63,571 nucleotides of DNA, taken from IMG/VR virus record IMGVR_UViG_3300025009_000102, positions 1-63,571 of that record. One strand, written 5' to 3'. The translations under genes were made by a program, and so were the position numbers. How positions within the stretch are numbered: the stretch's first letter is position 1; each line of letters starts with the position of its first letter. The stretch comes from a virus. Its lineage: Duplodnaviria; Caudoviricetes. Positions 9,237-20,100 of this stretch are shown in pieces. The notes under the pieces were generated by a model. That model was not told the origin of the DNA and made no database searches. It saw only the letters and a list, made by a program, of their open reading frames with translations.

Positions 9237-9989
9237 ATGGCAAAGAAAAAAGCGAGTCCGGAGCAACCGGTTGAGCAAGCGGTTGAGGAGCGAGCGTTAA
9301 TTCAGGCCGAAAGTATCAAGCCAGCTGTAATCTTTTCCGACAAGGGAGAGATGGATAAGCTTCTGCAGCTGATCAAAAAACAGGTGGACGGGTTTATCGC
9401 CGACACTAAAACTGCGGTTGGTCGCAAGAATATCGCATCAATCGCCTACAAGGTAGCTCAATCAAAGGTGGTGATCGATGCTAAGGGGAAGGATTTCGTG
9501 GCAGATCAGAAGAAAGCCCTTAAAGTGGTGGATGATCTTCGGAAACACGCAAGAGACTTCCTTGAAGATCTCCGCGAAGATGTCAGAAAACCTCTGTCGG
9601 ATTACGAGGCGGCGATTGAGCGTGAAAAACTCGCCAAAGCAGCTGCTGAAAAGTACGTGGCCGACTGGGCGGAGGCGCTGTATGACAATGAAATCTACGA
9701 CCGCGATGCGAAATTGCGTGCGGCTGAGATGAAACTGAAGGTTGCCGAAGAGGTGACCAAAACTATCGCTGCCTCCATACCGTCACTGGCCAATAGTATT
9801 GCCTCTGGCGGAGGACTTGGCACTACTGTCGAGAGAAAGAAAGAGGATGCGACCCAGGACCGCAAGAAGGAGGTCAATGTCGCCATCCGCGACTGGTTTG
9901 TTGGAAATGGTGTCGATATTGAGATTGCCAACAGGATGGTATTCGATATCGTTACCGGTAAGGTCAGATACCTGACCATTAATTATTGA
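9237..9989 (+). CDS. Coiled-coil phage protein
   Basis: GRKNIASIAYKVAQSK...LD.LR..VRKPL..YE motif common in phage recombination regions; SD AGGAGG. Confidence 0.8.
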   Translation: MAKKKASPEQPVEQAVEERALIQAESIKPAVIFSDKGEMDKLLQLIKKQVDGFIADTKTAVGRKNIASIAYKVAQSKVVIDAKGKDFVADQKKALKVVDDLRKHARDFLEDLREDVRKPLSDYEAAIEREKLAKAAAEKYVADWAEALYDNEIYDRDAKLRAAEMKLKVAEEVTKTIAASIPSLANSIASGGGLGTTVERKKEDATQDRKKEVNVAIRDWFVGNGVDIEIANRMVFDIVTGKVRYLTINY

Positions 9990-9997
9990 GGTAAAAC

Positions 9998-10420
9998 ATG
10001 AATCAAGTAATTTTGCATGGTGCGTTAGGGAGAGATCCGGAGGTCAGGTATACACAGAGCGGTACTGCTGTGTGTAATATGTCCATGGCAACGTCCGAGA
10101 AATACAAGGACAAGAATGGGGAAATGCAGGACAACACCACCTGGCATAACCTGGTACTCTGGGGAGTATCCGCCGACAATGCGGGGAAGATCCTGGGAAA
10201 GGGTGACGAGGTTCTCGTTCACGGGAAGCTGCAGAACCGGAAGTGGAAGGATAAAGACGGAAACGACAGGACTTCCGTGGAGGTTGTTGTCGACTTCTGG
10301 AGAGTAACCAAATCGAAAGATCCCCAGCAGTCCCGTAACAACGGCGGAAGTAGGAACAACGGTGGTGAAAGGGGTGGTTATGCCGGTGATAATGGAACCG
10401 GTGAAGATGTTCCCTTTTAA
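9998..10420 (+). CDS. ssb: Single-stranded DNA-binding protein
   Basis: MNQVILHG.LGRDPEVRYT; acidic C-terminus EDVPF. Confidence 0.96.
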   Translation: MNQVILHGALGRDPEVRYTQSGTAVCNMSMATSEKYKDKNGEMQDNTTWHNLVLWGVSADNAGKILGKGDEVLVHGKLQNRKWKDKDGNDRTSVEVVVDFWRVTKSKDPQQSRNNGGSRNNGGERGGYAGDNGTGEDVPF

Positions 10421-10447
10421 TAAAAACAAATAATTAGGAGCGTGAAA

Positions 10448-11302
10448 ATGGGAATTAAAGACTTGGCCAAACGTCGTGCGGACTTATTTTATATCGACCC
10501 TATGATTATCGTCGAGGATGACGGCTGGAACGTGAGGGAGGACACCCCTGAGCTCCTGGCCCACATCCATGAACTTCGCGACAGCATCAAGGCGGTCGGC
10601 GTTAAGGACGCCCTGACTGTCTATATGCGCGGCGACACCCCGGTCCTTACCGATGGCCATTGCCGGTTGGCTGCGGTGAAACTTGCTATTGCCGATGGCG
10701 CTTTAATCCATGCTGTGCCGACGAGGGTTGAGGATAAGACGGCGAACGAGGCCGACCGGGTCGCCACTATGCTGGTGCGTCGAGCTGGAAAGCCATTGAC
10801 CCCACAGGAGCAGTCTTCCGTGGTCAAGCGCCTCATGGCATATGGCTGGACGCAGAAAGAGATCGCGGAAAAAACGGGATATTCTCCGTCGAAGATCGCC
10901 GACCTCGTCGCCCTGAGCGGTGCAAGTATGGAGGTTGCTGGGTTGATCAAGGACGGTAAGGTGTCACCTACCACTGCAGCACGGACCATCCGGAAGCACG
11001 GCCAGGAGGAAGCCGAGAAGAAGCTGAAGGACGCTGTAGATGAGGCTGAGGAATCAGGAAAGGATAAGGTCACCCTCGCCGACATGGCAGGCAAGTCACA
11101 CACCGCCCATCCGCCCGAGATCTGGAATGACGGATTTCACGCCGGGATGATTCATGCCCTTTCTCTCCTGGTCGACAACACCGGCAACATGAAGCTGATC
11201 AAGGAATACCGAAGCATGCTGTTCGCCGATGACAAGATCAGGTTGTCCGTCGCTACCCCGTCCGACCGGCAGATCCTCGAAAGCGTATTCCAGGATCTGT
11301 GA
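10448..11302 (+). CDS. ParB-like protein (ParB N-domain + HTH)
   Basis: L.DSIKAVGV...LTDGHCRL.A; HTH WTQKEIAEKTGYS. Confidence 0.8.
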   Translation: MGIKDLAKRRADLFYIDPMIIVEDDGWNVREDTPELLAHIHELRDSIKAVGVKDALTVYMRGDTPVLTDGHCRLAAVKLAIADGALIHAVPTRVEDKTANEADRVATMLVRRAGKPLTPQEQSSVVKRLMAYGWTQKEIAEKTGYSPSKIADLVALSGASMEVAGLIKDGKVSPTTAARTIRKHGQEEAEKKLKDAVDEAEESGKDKVTLADMAGKSHTAHPPEIWNDGFHAGMIHALSLLVDNTGNMKLIKEYRSMLFADDKIRLSVATPSDRQILESVFQDL

Positions 11303-11814
11303 TAAGACTCGCCGTAGATCCATCCTTGGAGCATACAGGGTTCGCCGTTGTCGATGACGGCGAACCTGGTGGGTCGGTTATATCGTGCGGTGTTATTGTC
11401 CCTGGGAAACATAAAGGTTTGATCACTATCGAGCGGGCGATGAGGTTGCATGAGATCGCCCTGAATCTCGATAATGTTCTGTATCACTTCTCTATCGAGG
11501 AGATCTTCGCGGAGGTTGCGGTCGGGGCAATTGACCAGGCCTCTGCCTTTTCACTGTTCAGTGTAGGTGGGATGCTGATAGGTCTGTCAACAGGCAGGGG
11601 AATACCGCTCACACTGATCACCCCCAGGGAGATTAAGACCAGGGTGTTCGGTAGAAGTGATGCCAAGAAGAAGGAGATTATGGCCTGGGCGCGTCGAACG
11701 TGGCCCAATGCACCCTTCCCTACACGTGTGGGTGATTTTGAGCATATAGCGGACGCTATGGCCATCTATGAGGCTGGTCTGAAAAAGGGTAACTCAAGGA
11801 GTGTTCAGTTATGA
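11299..11814 (+). CDS. RuvC-like Holliday junction resolvase
   Basis: LAVDPSL..TG; E; P.EIK; K.EI; H.ADAMAI. Confidence 0.85.
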   Translation: MIRLAVDPSLEHTGFAVVDDGEPGGSVISCGVIVPGKHKGLITIERAMRLHEIALNLDNVLYHFSIEEIFAEVAVGAIDQASAFSLFSVGGMLIGLSTGRGIPLTLITPREIKTRVFGRSDAKKKEIMAWARRTWPNAPFPTRVGDFEHIADAMAIYEAGLKKGNSRSVQL

Positions 11815-12104
11815 GATTTGAAACTATTTTTTATACATCTGCTGGGACACAGGTTGCTGGGAGGGAAAATTTGGTTAAACTGGAGAAGATACAGCGGATC
11901 AAGGCCGTCCTCGACAGTAAACTTAAAACCAGTAATTTGATATCAACTGACCATGCCGCCAGGCTTATTGTGCAGGATGCCGAAAGTGGCGGTGAGCAAT
12001 TTCGGGATATTCAACTCACTATAGACCGAGAGTTTGCATACCTTGAAAGGTTTCTGGATGGCCGGGTGATGAGCGCTGACAGTTCCGGGATGGAGGGGAA
12101 ATGA
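11811..12104 (+). CDS. hypothetical protein
   Basis: ATGA-coupled ORF. Confidence 0.65.
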   Translation: MRFETIFYTSAGTQVAGRENLVKLEKIQRIKAVLDSKLKTSNLISTDHAARLIVQDAESGGEQFRDIQLTIDREFAYLERFLDGRVMSADSSGMEGK

Positions 12105-12313
12105 AAACGCTTGACCACCAAACGTGCTACGATATCGTCTCTAAAATTGCCGAAACTATCGGTGTCACCCTGCCGGGAATCGACCAGGAGGTTGATGAAC
12201 ACTTCGTCAGGTTTATTAAACACACGATATGCGGGAGCGTCGGGCGTGCTTTCCGTAACAGCAATGAGTATATACGGCTGGCGTCAATTATCAACGGGAT
12301 GCCGAAGTCGTGA
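12101..12313 (+). CDS. hypothetical protein
   Basis: SD GGAGG, ATGA overlap. Confidence 0.6.
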   Translation: MKTLDHQTCYDIVSKIAETIGVTLPGIDQEVDEHFVRFIKHTICGSVGRAFRNSNEYIRLASIINGMPKS

Positions 12314-12577
12314 CATGATATCCCGGTGATTATTCTCCACGATCTCTTTAAGGTGGTGAACATCTGACGCCAAATTTTCGAGTCTGAGCTTATCGCTCGT
12401 TCGCTCAGACTCGATAAATATTTCAAACTCTGCCTTTCTAATTGACGGATCGATCTTTTCTTTGCGCTCAATCTCGCCGACCTTGTACTCAAGCCTGGCA
12501 ATCCACACCGATGCACCGAACAGGGCCATAAATATGGCTGCGAATATTCCGTACCACTCTTTGATAAGATCGAACAT
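12284..12577 (-). CDS. Single-TM coiled-coil protein (possible lysis accessory)
   Basis: N-terminal TM helix; last gene of the late operon. Confidence 0.6.
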   Translation of the reverse strand: MFDLIKEWYGIFAAIFMALFGASVWIARLEYKVGEIERKEKIDPSIRKAEFEIFIESERTSDKLRLENLASDVHHLKEIVENNHRDIMSRLRHPVDN

Positions 12578-12587
12578 GGTAGAATCC

Positions 12588-12818
12588 TTATTTTTTGACA
12601 GCTCCGTTTTTCATTACAATCCACTTCGTGGCGAACCTGTAAAGCACGTATCCGCCCACGAAAAGCATTGTATTAGTATCGCCGGAAGTTTTGTCAATAG
12701 CCTCCACTGCCACCTCGGATTGACTGATAATTTGGCCGAGGTCGATGTTGAAATTTTTAGAAAGAATGTAGCTGAGAACTAGCCAGAATTCAGATGTTTT
12801 AAAACCCGGTCGCAACAT
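12588..12818 (-). CDS. Putative holin
   Basis: PGFKTSEFW N-terminal motif, hydrophobic segments, basic C-terminus. Confidence 0.55.
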   Translation of the reverse strand: MLRPGFKTSEFWLVLSYILSKNFNIDLGQIISQSEVAVEAIDKTSGDTNTMLFVGGYVLYRFATKWIVMKNGAVKK

Positions 12819-12828
12819 GGTAATTCCT

Positions 12829-14616
12829 TTATTGAATTGTTAATGAACCAGCACCATCGGTCGATGCAGCACCTGTGCCGTCCAGCGAAACGCTTCTGTT
12901 TGACAGCGCTTGGTATAGCGCTCTTATCGTTGTCCAATTGCTTTCTACCTGAGATGACGTATACACAGCGCCTAGAGCTGTACCGTCAACCAAGAGAAAT
13001 CTCCCCTGCTTGGTGTATGGTGATGTTGGTGTAGTTATGCAAGCTGAAGTTGTAACAGTTGGATTAACTGGCCCCCACGTAACACCATAGTAGGTACAGC
13101 CTGTATTTCTATAGGGATCACAAGTGGTAAAATTCTCTCGACTATCGGGAGTGACGCACGGATCTGGAGCAGCCAAAACGCCATGATCCTGCACCCTGAA
13201 TACATATTCAAACAGCATCTCATAGTTAACTATTGCCCTAGTCTCTGGCATAAGTATCATAGTTGCCGCCATAGACCTTTGACCGCCAAGAGATGAACCT
13301 ATATAAGACGTTCCTGGTTTATTTGGTGGTCCATCTATATAGCCATGTGGGTCATACATGTTTTTTGATCCTATTGATGGGGTGCAAGTGTCTGGATGCC
13401 CATCCCAACATCTAGATGCCATGAGATTTCCCCAGTAAGAGCCAAGGAAATTGACTCCACCTAATGCAGGAACGTCACCCCATACAGGACCATTAGATCC
13501 GTAATGCAACTGAGCTAGTTCCGAGGGGCCAGAGTATATATTGTCATGCACCGTAGCCGCAACCCCGGTGAGTTCCGTTGCGATGGTTGTGTCCGTCAGT
13601 AATGCTCCAAGTAGAACTGTTGGCATGAATCTTCCTGGATGTTGAGTGGCCCCAGTACCCCACTCCCTGACGTATCCCTCCGGTACTTCAAACATCGTTT
13701 TGTATAGGTCCAGGCCAAAAGATAGCATGGCCGCAAGAGCAGGTGTTTTCTCCGCTATAGTGTGGTCATCAGAGAACAATCTCATTAGGTCATTGTACCA
13801 CGTAGCGGCCATTCCCGCCCCGTAGTCATCTATTATCGTGGCAGATCGATACGCCCTACCCCCTTCAGAGCAGTATCCAATTTCTGTTCCAACGTCATTA
13901 TGGACAGCAAAAATCTCTATGCTGTGTGACCATCTTGTTCTAATAGCCTCAAGCCCCGCAGCATCTGTCCCTACCAAAAATGACTTCGAAGGCACTCTGG
14001 ATAAAGTAAGGTCCGACAAGCTTATAAGGCTCTTTGTGGTGCCTGTTACATTCGGCCTCAATACTGTTGATCCGGCATTTTCGGGGACTGAAGAGAGAAC
14101 AGTAACAACGTGGTAGGAATCTATACATTGCCCCTCTATGCCGCTTGTTCCGCATAAGTCCTCCACCGCTTCATTACGCTGTATTGCTGCAACAATAGAG
14201 TTAATGCCACTATATGACAGAGGAAGATTAGGTATTATATTTTCAGCCGCAACATAGTTGCCATAATTCAGTGGACCAGTAAGCAGCCCCATTGATTCGG
14301 TTGTTGGGTCGGCATCTGCTTTTATGAATGAAGCATGGCTACTACTCGTTATCGCTGTTATTGTTACGGTACTCTGTCCTGAAGCCGGTGCAACCCAATA
14401 ATCACCATTAGCAAACTGACCACAACGAGCGTCCCCGCCACCAGAGTTGAACGCCCACGAATATACATTATCTATTGTTGGGGATACTGTAGCATCAACC
14501 GTTACTGAAATAGATTGACCAGTACAAGGACTCGCTGAATTTGTTGATCCACAATTACAAGCCGCATATGTCAATGACGGCAGGAGTATAAGAGTTAATA
14601 ATATTCTACATATCAT
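12829..14616 (-). CDS. Cys-rich protein with N-terminal signal peptide (possible glycan-binding or glycan-degrading protein)
   Basis: MICRILLTLILLPSLTYA signal-like N-terminus; about 13 Cys in the mature part; visibly AT-richer than flanks. Confidence 0.8.
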   Translation of the reverse strand: MICRILLTLILLPSLTYAACNCGSTNSASPCTGQSISVTVDATVSPTIDNVYSWAFNSGGGDARCGQFANGDYWVAPASGQSTVTITAITSSSHASFIKADADPTTESMGLLTGPLNYGNYVAAENIIPNLPLSYSGINSIVAAIQRNEAVEDLCGTSGIEGQCIDSYHVVTVLSSVPENAGSTVLRPNVTGTTKSLISLSDLTLSRVPSKSFLVGTDAAGLEAIRTRWSHSIEIFAVHNDVGTEIGYCSEGGRAYRSATIIDDYGAGMAATWYNDLMRLFSDDHTIAEKTPALAAMLSFGLDLYKTMFEVPEGYVREWGTGATQHPGRFMPTVLLGALLTDTTIATELTGVAATVHDNIYSGPSELAQLHYGSNGPVWGDVPALGGVNFLGSYWGNLMASRCWDGHPDTCTPSIGSKNMYDPHGYIDGPPNKPGTSYIGSSLGGQRSMAATMILMPETRAIVNYEMLFEYVFRVQDHGVLAAPDPCVTPDSRENFTTCDPYRNTGCTYYGVTWGPVNPTVTTSACITTPTSPYTKQGRFLLVDGTALGAVYTSSQVESNWTTIRALYQALSNRSVSLDGTGAASTDGAGSLTIQ

Positions 14617-15266
14617 AAGTCTTCTCCGGTCCAGTTGTCCAGCTTTGGCTCTTGAGTGGATTTTCTTGCTATAATTCCAGGTTGACCCGTTGTTATGGGG
14701 GATGAAGAGTCATCATAGGTTTGCGCCGTTCCACCATTGACAGTTGCAGATAGAGTTGTTGTGCTGCTACCTGTAGCAGACAGACAAATAACATCATTTA
14801 GCACTGGCGTTTCTGTTAGTGTTAATAAGCTTGTGTCGGTGCCCGCAACCGTCTTTATTAGCGAGTATGTACCGTTTATCTGTAGCAATGTATAGTTCGT
14901 TTTGGTACTTGCTGCTGTACTGTGCCTTACTGTAACACCAGCGTAGCCGCTGGTAGTGCTTAATGTCCCGCGAATCTCCGCGCAAGATTTATGATTTGCG
15001 GTAAATGTATCAGCCGACCAGTATGCGTATCCTGTCCTATTGCTTGGAGTAGTAGCCTCATTGATCCATATAAGAAAATTACCCCAAAAACCGTCAGGCG
15101 CAGAGTTATGTGTCCAGTTCCCGGAAAGCGCAGCCCCATTCGCCCCGGTGAACGAGTCGGAAACATAGACCCCTGTTCCCTCTCCAAACCCAACTAGCAC
15201 CGCCGAGTTCAACGGTGCTACCATAAACAGCAGTATCAATACCAGTAAAGATAGAATTTTCATCAA
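14613..15266 (-). CDS. Signal-peptide protein with lectin/ConA-like beta-sandwich
   Basis: MMKILSLLVLILLFMVAPLNSA; DSFTGANG...W, Thr/Ser-rich beta pattern ending LDNWTG. Confidence 0.75.
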   Translation of the reverse strand: MMKILSLLVLILLFMVAPLNSAVLVGFGEGTGVYVSDSFTGANGAALSGNWTHNSAPDGFWGNFLIWINEATTPSNRTGYAYWSADTFTANHKSCAEIRGTLSTTSGYAGVTVRHSTAASTKTNYTLLQINGTYSLIKTVAGTDTSLLTLTETPVLNDVICLSATGSSTTTLSATVNGGTAQTYDDSSSPITTGQPGIIARKSTQEPKLDNWTGEDL

Positions 15267-16681
15267 TTCCTTGTCTCCCTGTAGTAGATAGAACCAGACA
15301 GAAAGTTCACTGTTCCGGTCGGCGCTCCAAGGACGACCATCACCCAGTCATCAACATCGATACTTGGGTTCGACAGCGTTCCGTCATCAGTAGCACCATC
15401 GGAGTCAGCGGTTATTGCAGCGTCGACAGTGGCACATGTCGTGCCGGTAGATGAGCATTCCTGGATGTCAACCGATATAGACGTTCCTCCTATGGTGATC
15501 ACGTGGATATCGGTGATTGTCATGCCAACCTGAGCCTTGAATAAGAAAAAGTCGTCAGCATCGACAGGGGTTTTGACCACGAAGTCGATCTGTTTTAGCG
15601 GTGATATCGCATATTCAGCGCTGGTATAGAGTACGAGCTGACCACTGGATGTATCAACAGCAACCTCTCCAGCTGCGTTAACTGTCGGTGCAGTACCTTG
15701 AGGGAGTGCGAGTGACCCAGTGAACACCGGGTCGGCCAGTGGGGCCTTGAGGGCCAATTGGTCAAAAACCTTATCAGCTGACCAGATGTAGGTAGTATCG
15801 CCATTTCCCTTCGTGTCGTCAATGATACCTTCCAGGGTTGATGTCCAGGCGAATGTCCCGACGCCAGTCGCCTGCATGATTTGATTGTCTGCGGTGGGCA
15901 GAGCGACACTGGTATCCCAGGCACTGCCGGTTGAGATCGGTATACCAACACCAGGGTAGACCATACCGCCCGACCCTGCCTCGTCCCTTACCTCCTGAAT
16001 CGCCAATTGCACATTGGTTGCGGCAATTGTTCCGTTCGGTGTAAAGGTAACGCCAGACGCAACCTGATCACCAGTGTTCGTCCCTGAGGTGTTTCCGATT
16101 ACCGCTTTCTCGGCATCGGTCACATAGTTGTCGTCAGCGCCAAGCGCTGCGGCGAATGTTGCTGGATCAGTCCACCCCCCAGTTCCATCCGCATCGAAGT
16201 TAAATAAGTAATTGTTTCCCCCAGCAGGGGCGGGAGGGAACCTCAGCGATACTATTGCAGATGGGGTTGCAGCCGGTAACCATCCTGCTGTATAAATAGG
16301 ATCAGTGTTCGTATAAAGCACCAAAGCGCCCTGGGTCGTGTTCGCCACACCGGCGGAAATGGTTCCACCAGATGCTGTCACGTTTCCAAAGGTCACATTA
16401 TCAGTCGCTTCAAGATCGCCAATCCTTGACTTCTCGGCATCGGTCACATAGTTGTCGTCAGCACCAAGTACTGCGGCGAAGTACGTTTCGAGCCAGGTCT
16501 TAATAGTCGAAAGGGCGAGCCAGTTGTTCGCGGTGGCTGCTCCATTCTCGGTGTACAGGATCTCAGTGCCATCAATCGATGCGTCCTCCGTAACACCGGT
16601 CACCGGGTCTTTCCAGCCAGCGCCAAAAACAGGAGACGATAAATACAGGCACATAGCCATTATCAATAATATTTTTTTCAT
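15263..16681 (-). CDS. Signal-peptide, fibre-like protein
   Basis: MKKILLIMAMCLYLSSPVFG; fibre-type motifs (GNTSGTNTGDQ, ATNVQ.AIQE, WSADK..D, KAPLADPVFTG). Confidence 0.8.
   Translation of the reverse strand: MKKILLIMAMCLYLSSPVFGAGWKDPVTGVTEDASIDGTEILYTENGAATANNWLALSTIKTWLETYFAAVLGADDNYVTDAEKSRIGDLEATDNVTFGNVTASGGTISAGVANTTQGALVLYTNTDPIYTAGWLPAATPSAIVSLRFPPAPAGGNNYLFNFDADGTGGWTDPATFAAALGADDNYVTDAEKAVIGNTSGTNTGDQVASGVTFTPNGTIAATNVQLAIQEVRDEAGSGGMVYPGVGIPISTGSAWDTSVALPTADNQIMQATGVGTFAWTSTLEGIIDDTKGNGDTTYIWSADKVFDQLALKAPLADPVFTGSLALPQGTAPTVNAAGEVAVDTSSGQLVLYTSAEYAISPLKQIDFVVKTPVDADDFFLFKAQVGMTITDIHVITIGGTSISVDIQECSSTGTTCATVDAAITADSDGATDDGTLSNPSIDVDDWVMVVLGAPTGTVNFLSGSIYYRETRN
16107..16462. repeat. 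32-bp identical direct repeat (16107-16138 and 16431-16462)
   Basis: TTCTCGGCATCGGTCACATAGTTGTCGTCAGC twice, 324 bp apart in frame (ADDNYVTDAEK). Confidence 0.9.
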
Positions 16682-16827
16682 GTTGCAATTACCTCTATTG
16701 GATCACCGTTAACATCGAGAATATTATCCCCATCCAAGTCTGGCCAGTACTGAGGTTCTGGTGGGTCTGGAGGGGGTCCGCCAAGGCCGATGACTGACCT
16801 GGTGATAGACTTCGTAGATCTCAGCAT
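16678..16827 (-). CDS. Small 49-aa protein (not in the ORF track)
   Basis: MLRSTKSITRSVIGLGGPPPDPPEPQYWPDLDGDNILDVNGDPIEVIAT; TAATATG junction upstream, ATGA overlap downstream. Confidence 0.65.
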   Translation of the reverse strand: MLRSTKSITRSVIGLGGPPPDPPEPQYWPDLDGDNILDVNGDPIEVIAT

Positions 16828-16828
16828 A

Positions 16829-17086
16829 TTATCTCACAAAGTGAAATGTTGCAGCACCGACCGCCTCAACCTCCCCGCCAGAGGGGATTGCATAGACTTC
16901 ACCAGCTACCATCGTTATTGTTTCGATCACACCGTCAGGAAATGTAAGGGTGAAATCTCCGCCGACAGCACAGCAGAACATCGTGCAAAATTTAGCACCA
17001 TCTGCAGCCGCTATATTCACCTGGCCGGAATGCAGGGGGAATGCCGGGAATAATTGACCATTTGGAAATAAAAATTTTGTACTCAT
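16829..17086 (-). CDS. hypothetical virion-associated protein
   Basis: SD AAGGAG; beta-rich. Confidence 0.7.
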   Translation of the reverse strand: MSTKFLFPNGQLFPAFPLHSGQVNIAAADGAKFCTMFCCAVGGDFTLTFPDGVIETITMVAGEVYAIPSGGEVEAVGAATFHFVR

Positions 17087-17141
17087 TTAATTGCTCCTTG
17101 TGTGTATTACATAGAAAAGATACGTATTCCGGGCAGTGTAA

Positions 17142-20100
17142 TCAATCCCGACCTGTAATTTGGTTGTACCGCTTATTAAACTCCACCTGAATCGCATTGA
17201 TTCTCTCGTCGATTTTCCCGGCATCCTTGCCGTTGGCTTCGATCTGCTTCTTCATTTTATGCAGTTCATCCAAGCGCTTCTCTGTATCCTGGAATTTTCC
17301 GACCAGTTTATATACCGGTTCCCTAACAAGCGAAGGACGCTCCTCCCTGGTGGCGTTCTTGAGTTCGAGGACGAAGGTTTTCATCTCATCCCTGTTCTCT
17401 GAATAAACTCTTCGGTCAATACTCTCTGGCATAACTCCTGCAAACCTCCTAATGATCGGTACGTTCTTGATTGATACATCACCCTCGGCGATTGCGAACG
17501 GCAGGTTGAGGGTATCTTTTACCACCCGACCAGCACCACCGGCAATAGTCTCAAGGACCATTTCTATCGATTCCGGGGAGACGGATATCATCCCCTCCCT
17601 GAACTTACTCCCGCCGGTCATCTCGTTCAGCCACTTCGTGACCTCCCTGGACACCGGGTTGACATCCTTATAGTATCGCTCACTGTCAGGTTGATTCATC
17701 CATGGGTTGAGCGGTGGCATGAGGTTTCCGCCGTGCCACGCCTTGTTCTCGATGATCTGCGCCATCGGGTCAAGCACGGTTGGCATTACCGTCTGGAGTA
17801 ACGTTCCAGCTGCAAGCGGATTGAGGTTGTTCATCACCGTCGTACCCCACCTTAATCCAGCCTCGACCGGGTTTCCGCCGCGAAGTATCGTGGCTATCTC
17901 GTCACCGAATTTAAAGAAGATGTTATACCCGTATGCCATTGGGAACCTGACATGCAATCCATCCCCACCAGGAACAAAGAAGATCATATTACGCTCAAAG
18001 AGTCCGGGGTTTGTCCTCTTCAGCTTGTCGTATCGGCTCTCACCGTCTTCATCGTCGCCACCAGCTGCAGCGCCAAGCAGATTGACCGCTATGCCAAGAC
18101 CAACGATGCCGGTAACAATCTTCTGGACCTTAGCGGATGACGAAACAGCCTGCATCATCCTGATGTTGCCCTGTATTCCTGCGTTCGCGAACATCCATGC
18201 GGCGTTGATTGTCGGGCCTGCCGTTCCGTGTTTTGTGAAGTCGATGGTGAGGTTTGAGGCTATCCTGCCAGCCTGCAGCTTGTCTGTGCCACGATCTACC
18301 AGGGCCTTGTAGGTAGCAACCCTGACACCGTTTTCTACAGACAGATTGACGCTTTCGATGAAATTACCAAGCCTCTTGAAGTTTTCCCGGACCTTGTGTC
18401 CGCCCTCCTTGGTCGCGATATCGTATTCAATCTGTTCGGCCAGTTGCTTCACATCCTCATACGACTGCGCCCACCCCATGACAACACCATGAGCTGCGGC
18501 GTCCTTATAGATTGCACCCCATTGGCCAGACGGCTTGCCACGCTCTTCCCGGTATATCCCAGCGATAGCATGGCGAATGTTGCCAAAAACCTTCATCTGT
18601 AATCCAGACGCCTCAGTTCCTGACATATTCACGAATGCGGTCTGGAGATCTCTCGTGAAGTTTGGCAATGCAAACTCCGGGGTGAGACTGGTGTTGAGCC
18701 TGGCGAGTATCCTGGTGATTACCCTGGACGCCTTGAGTACCGGGCCTGGATCGGTAGTTTGGCGGTTAAGCGCCTCCATAAATCTTACCGCCTGTGGATT
18801 ATCTTTAGCAACTTCAATGATATGCTTAACGCCATCGACCTTGACGTATGTCTGGTATCTGAGGTCGATCTGTTGGTCAGGATAAAACCTGATATTCCCC
18901 TCGTGGTCATGGTACGGTGCCTTGGCCATTTGCGCGATAGACCACAGCTCCTCGTTAGGGTTGGCCGTCACCATGTCATAAAGCGCTCTTTCTGCTTCGA
19001 GTTTCAGCCGCCTCGATAGGGACGCCTGGTATCTGTCGACAATATGGGCGAGGATATTCACGACGGCCTTGGTTGAGCCAGCGGCTACCTGGGCCTGCGG
19101 GGGCTTGCCAAGTGGACCCCTGCCCGACCTTCCGGTTGGTGCCTTGCCCTCGTCGACCTCCTCCCGGAACAACGGGACATGGTACTTGTACCGACTGGAA
19201 ATATTGGTGTACTCTTCGTCGGTAAGGTCGCCAGAAGAATAGGCTATTCTCAGGGCCTCTTCGTTGATCGCCCTGATCTTCCGTGCTGCCTCGTTCATGG
19301 CGGTATGGCCAGCCCACTGTTTAACAACCTTCTTCGCTTCGGCATCGGTCATACCGGACAACTTGCCCTTCCTGGAATCCCATTCATTGACGATAGACTC
19401 GCGCTTGCCGAGACGGTAGTACATATTATCGAGTCGCTTCTGCCAGTAAACGTCGGTGCCCTTGGCTATCTCCGCCGGGGTCCACTGCCTCGCCTGGAGA
19501 TCCGCCGCTATCTGGTCGATCTGTGCCCGCTGACCGGCGATCACTCCGCCCATCCTTTCGAGCATACTTACCAAATTATCGCGCTTCTCATCCAGCGCCC
19601 TGCTGTTCATGACAAAGTCATCTTGGATGTCGCCAAGTTCGCCCTGCCACTGTTCCCTCTCTTTGTCAGTCATCTGGGCCATCAGCGCATCGATGTAGCC
19701 ACGGGCGTTTGCCCTGCGCATCTGCAGGTTTCTCTCTGGGGCATGCTCTGCGTGCAGGAATTCCTGGACATCCTCAAGCTTGAGTTTGGAGTCGACGATA
19801 AATTGGATAAGCGGCTGGTAAACGTCGATGTCAAATCTCTTCACCTCTGCGGCTAGACGCTTACCAACGAGTCCACGGATAGTGGAGTAGTCCCTCGATG
19901 TAGGTTGCGGTCCTATGCCCTGCTGGACCCTCTCAATTGCCTTGTCCTGATTGTAGAGCCAGGTAGCGAACTCGTCAAACCACCCCTGGAAATCAAACTG
20001 TCCCTTTATCCTATCCAGGAAAGAGATCGATTGAGGCTGCGATGGTGCGTGAATAATACTCCCAGGTATCGATGGGTCGTATTTCGTGAGAAGAACGTCC

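Noticed and set aside
10448-11302. Phage-plasmid partition system or lysogeny module
   Set aside because: No ParA, Rep initiator, integrase or CI-like repressor identified; lifestyle cannot be called.
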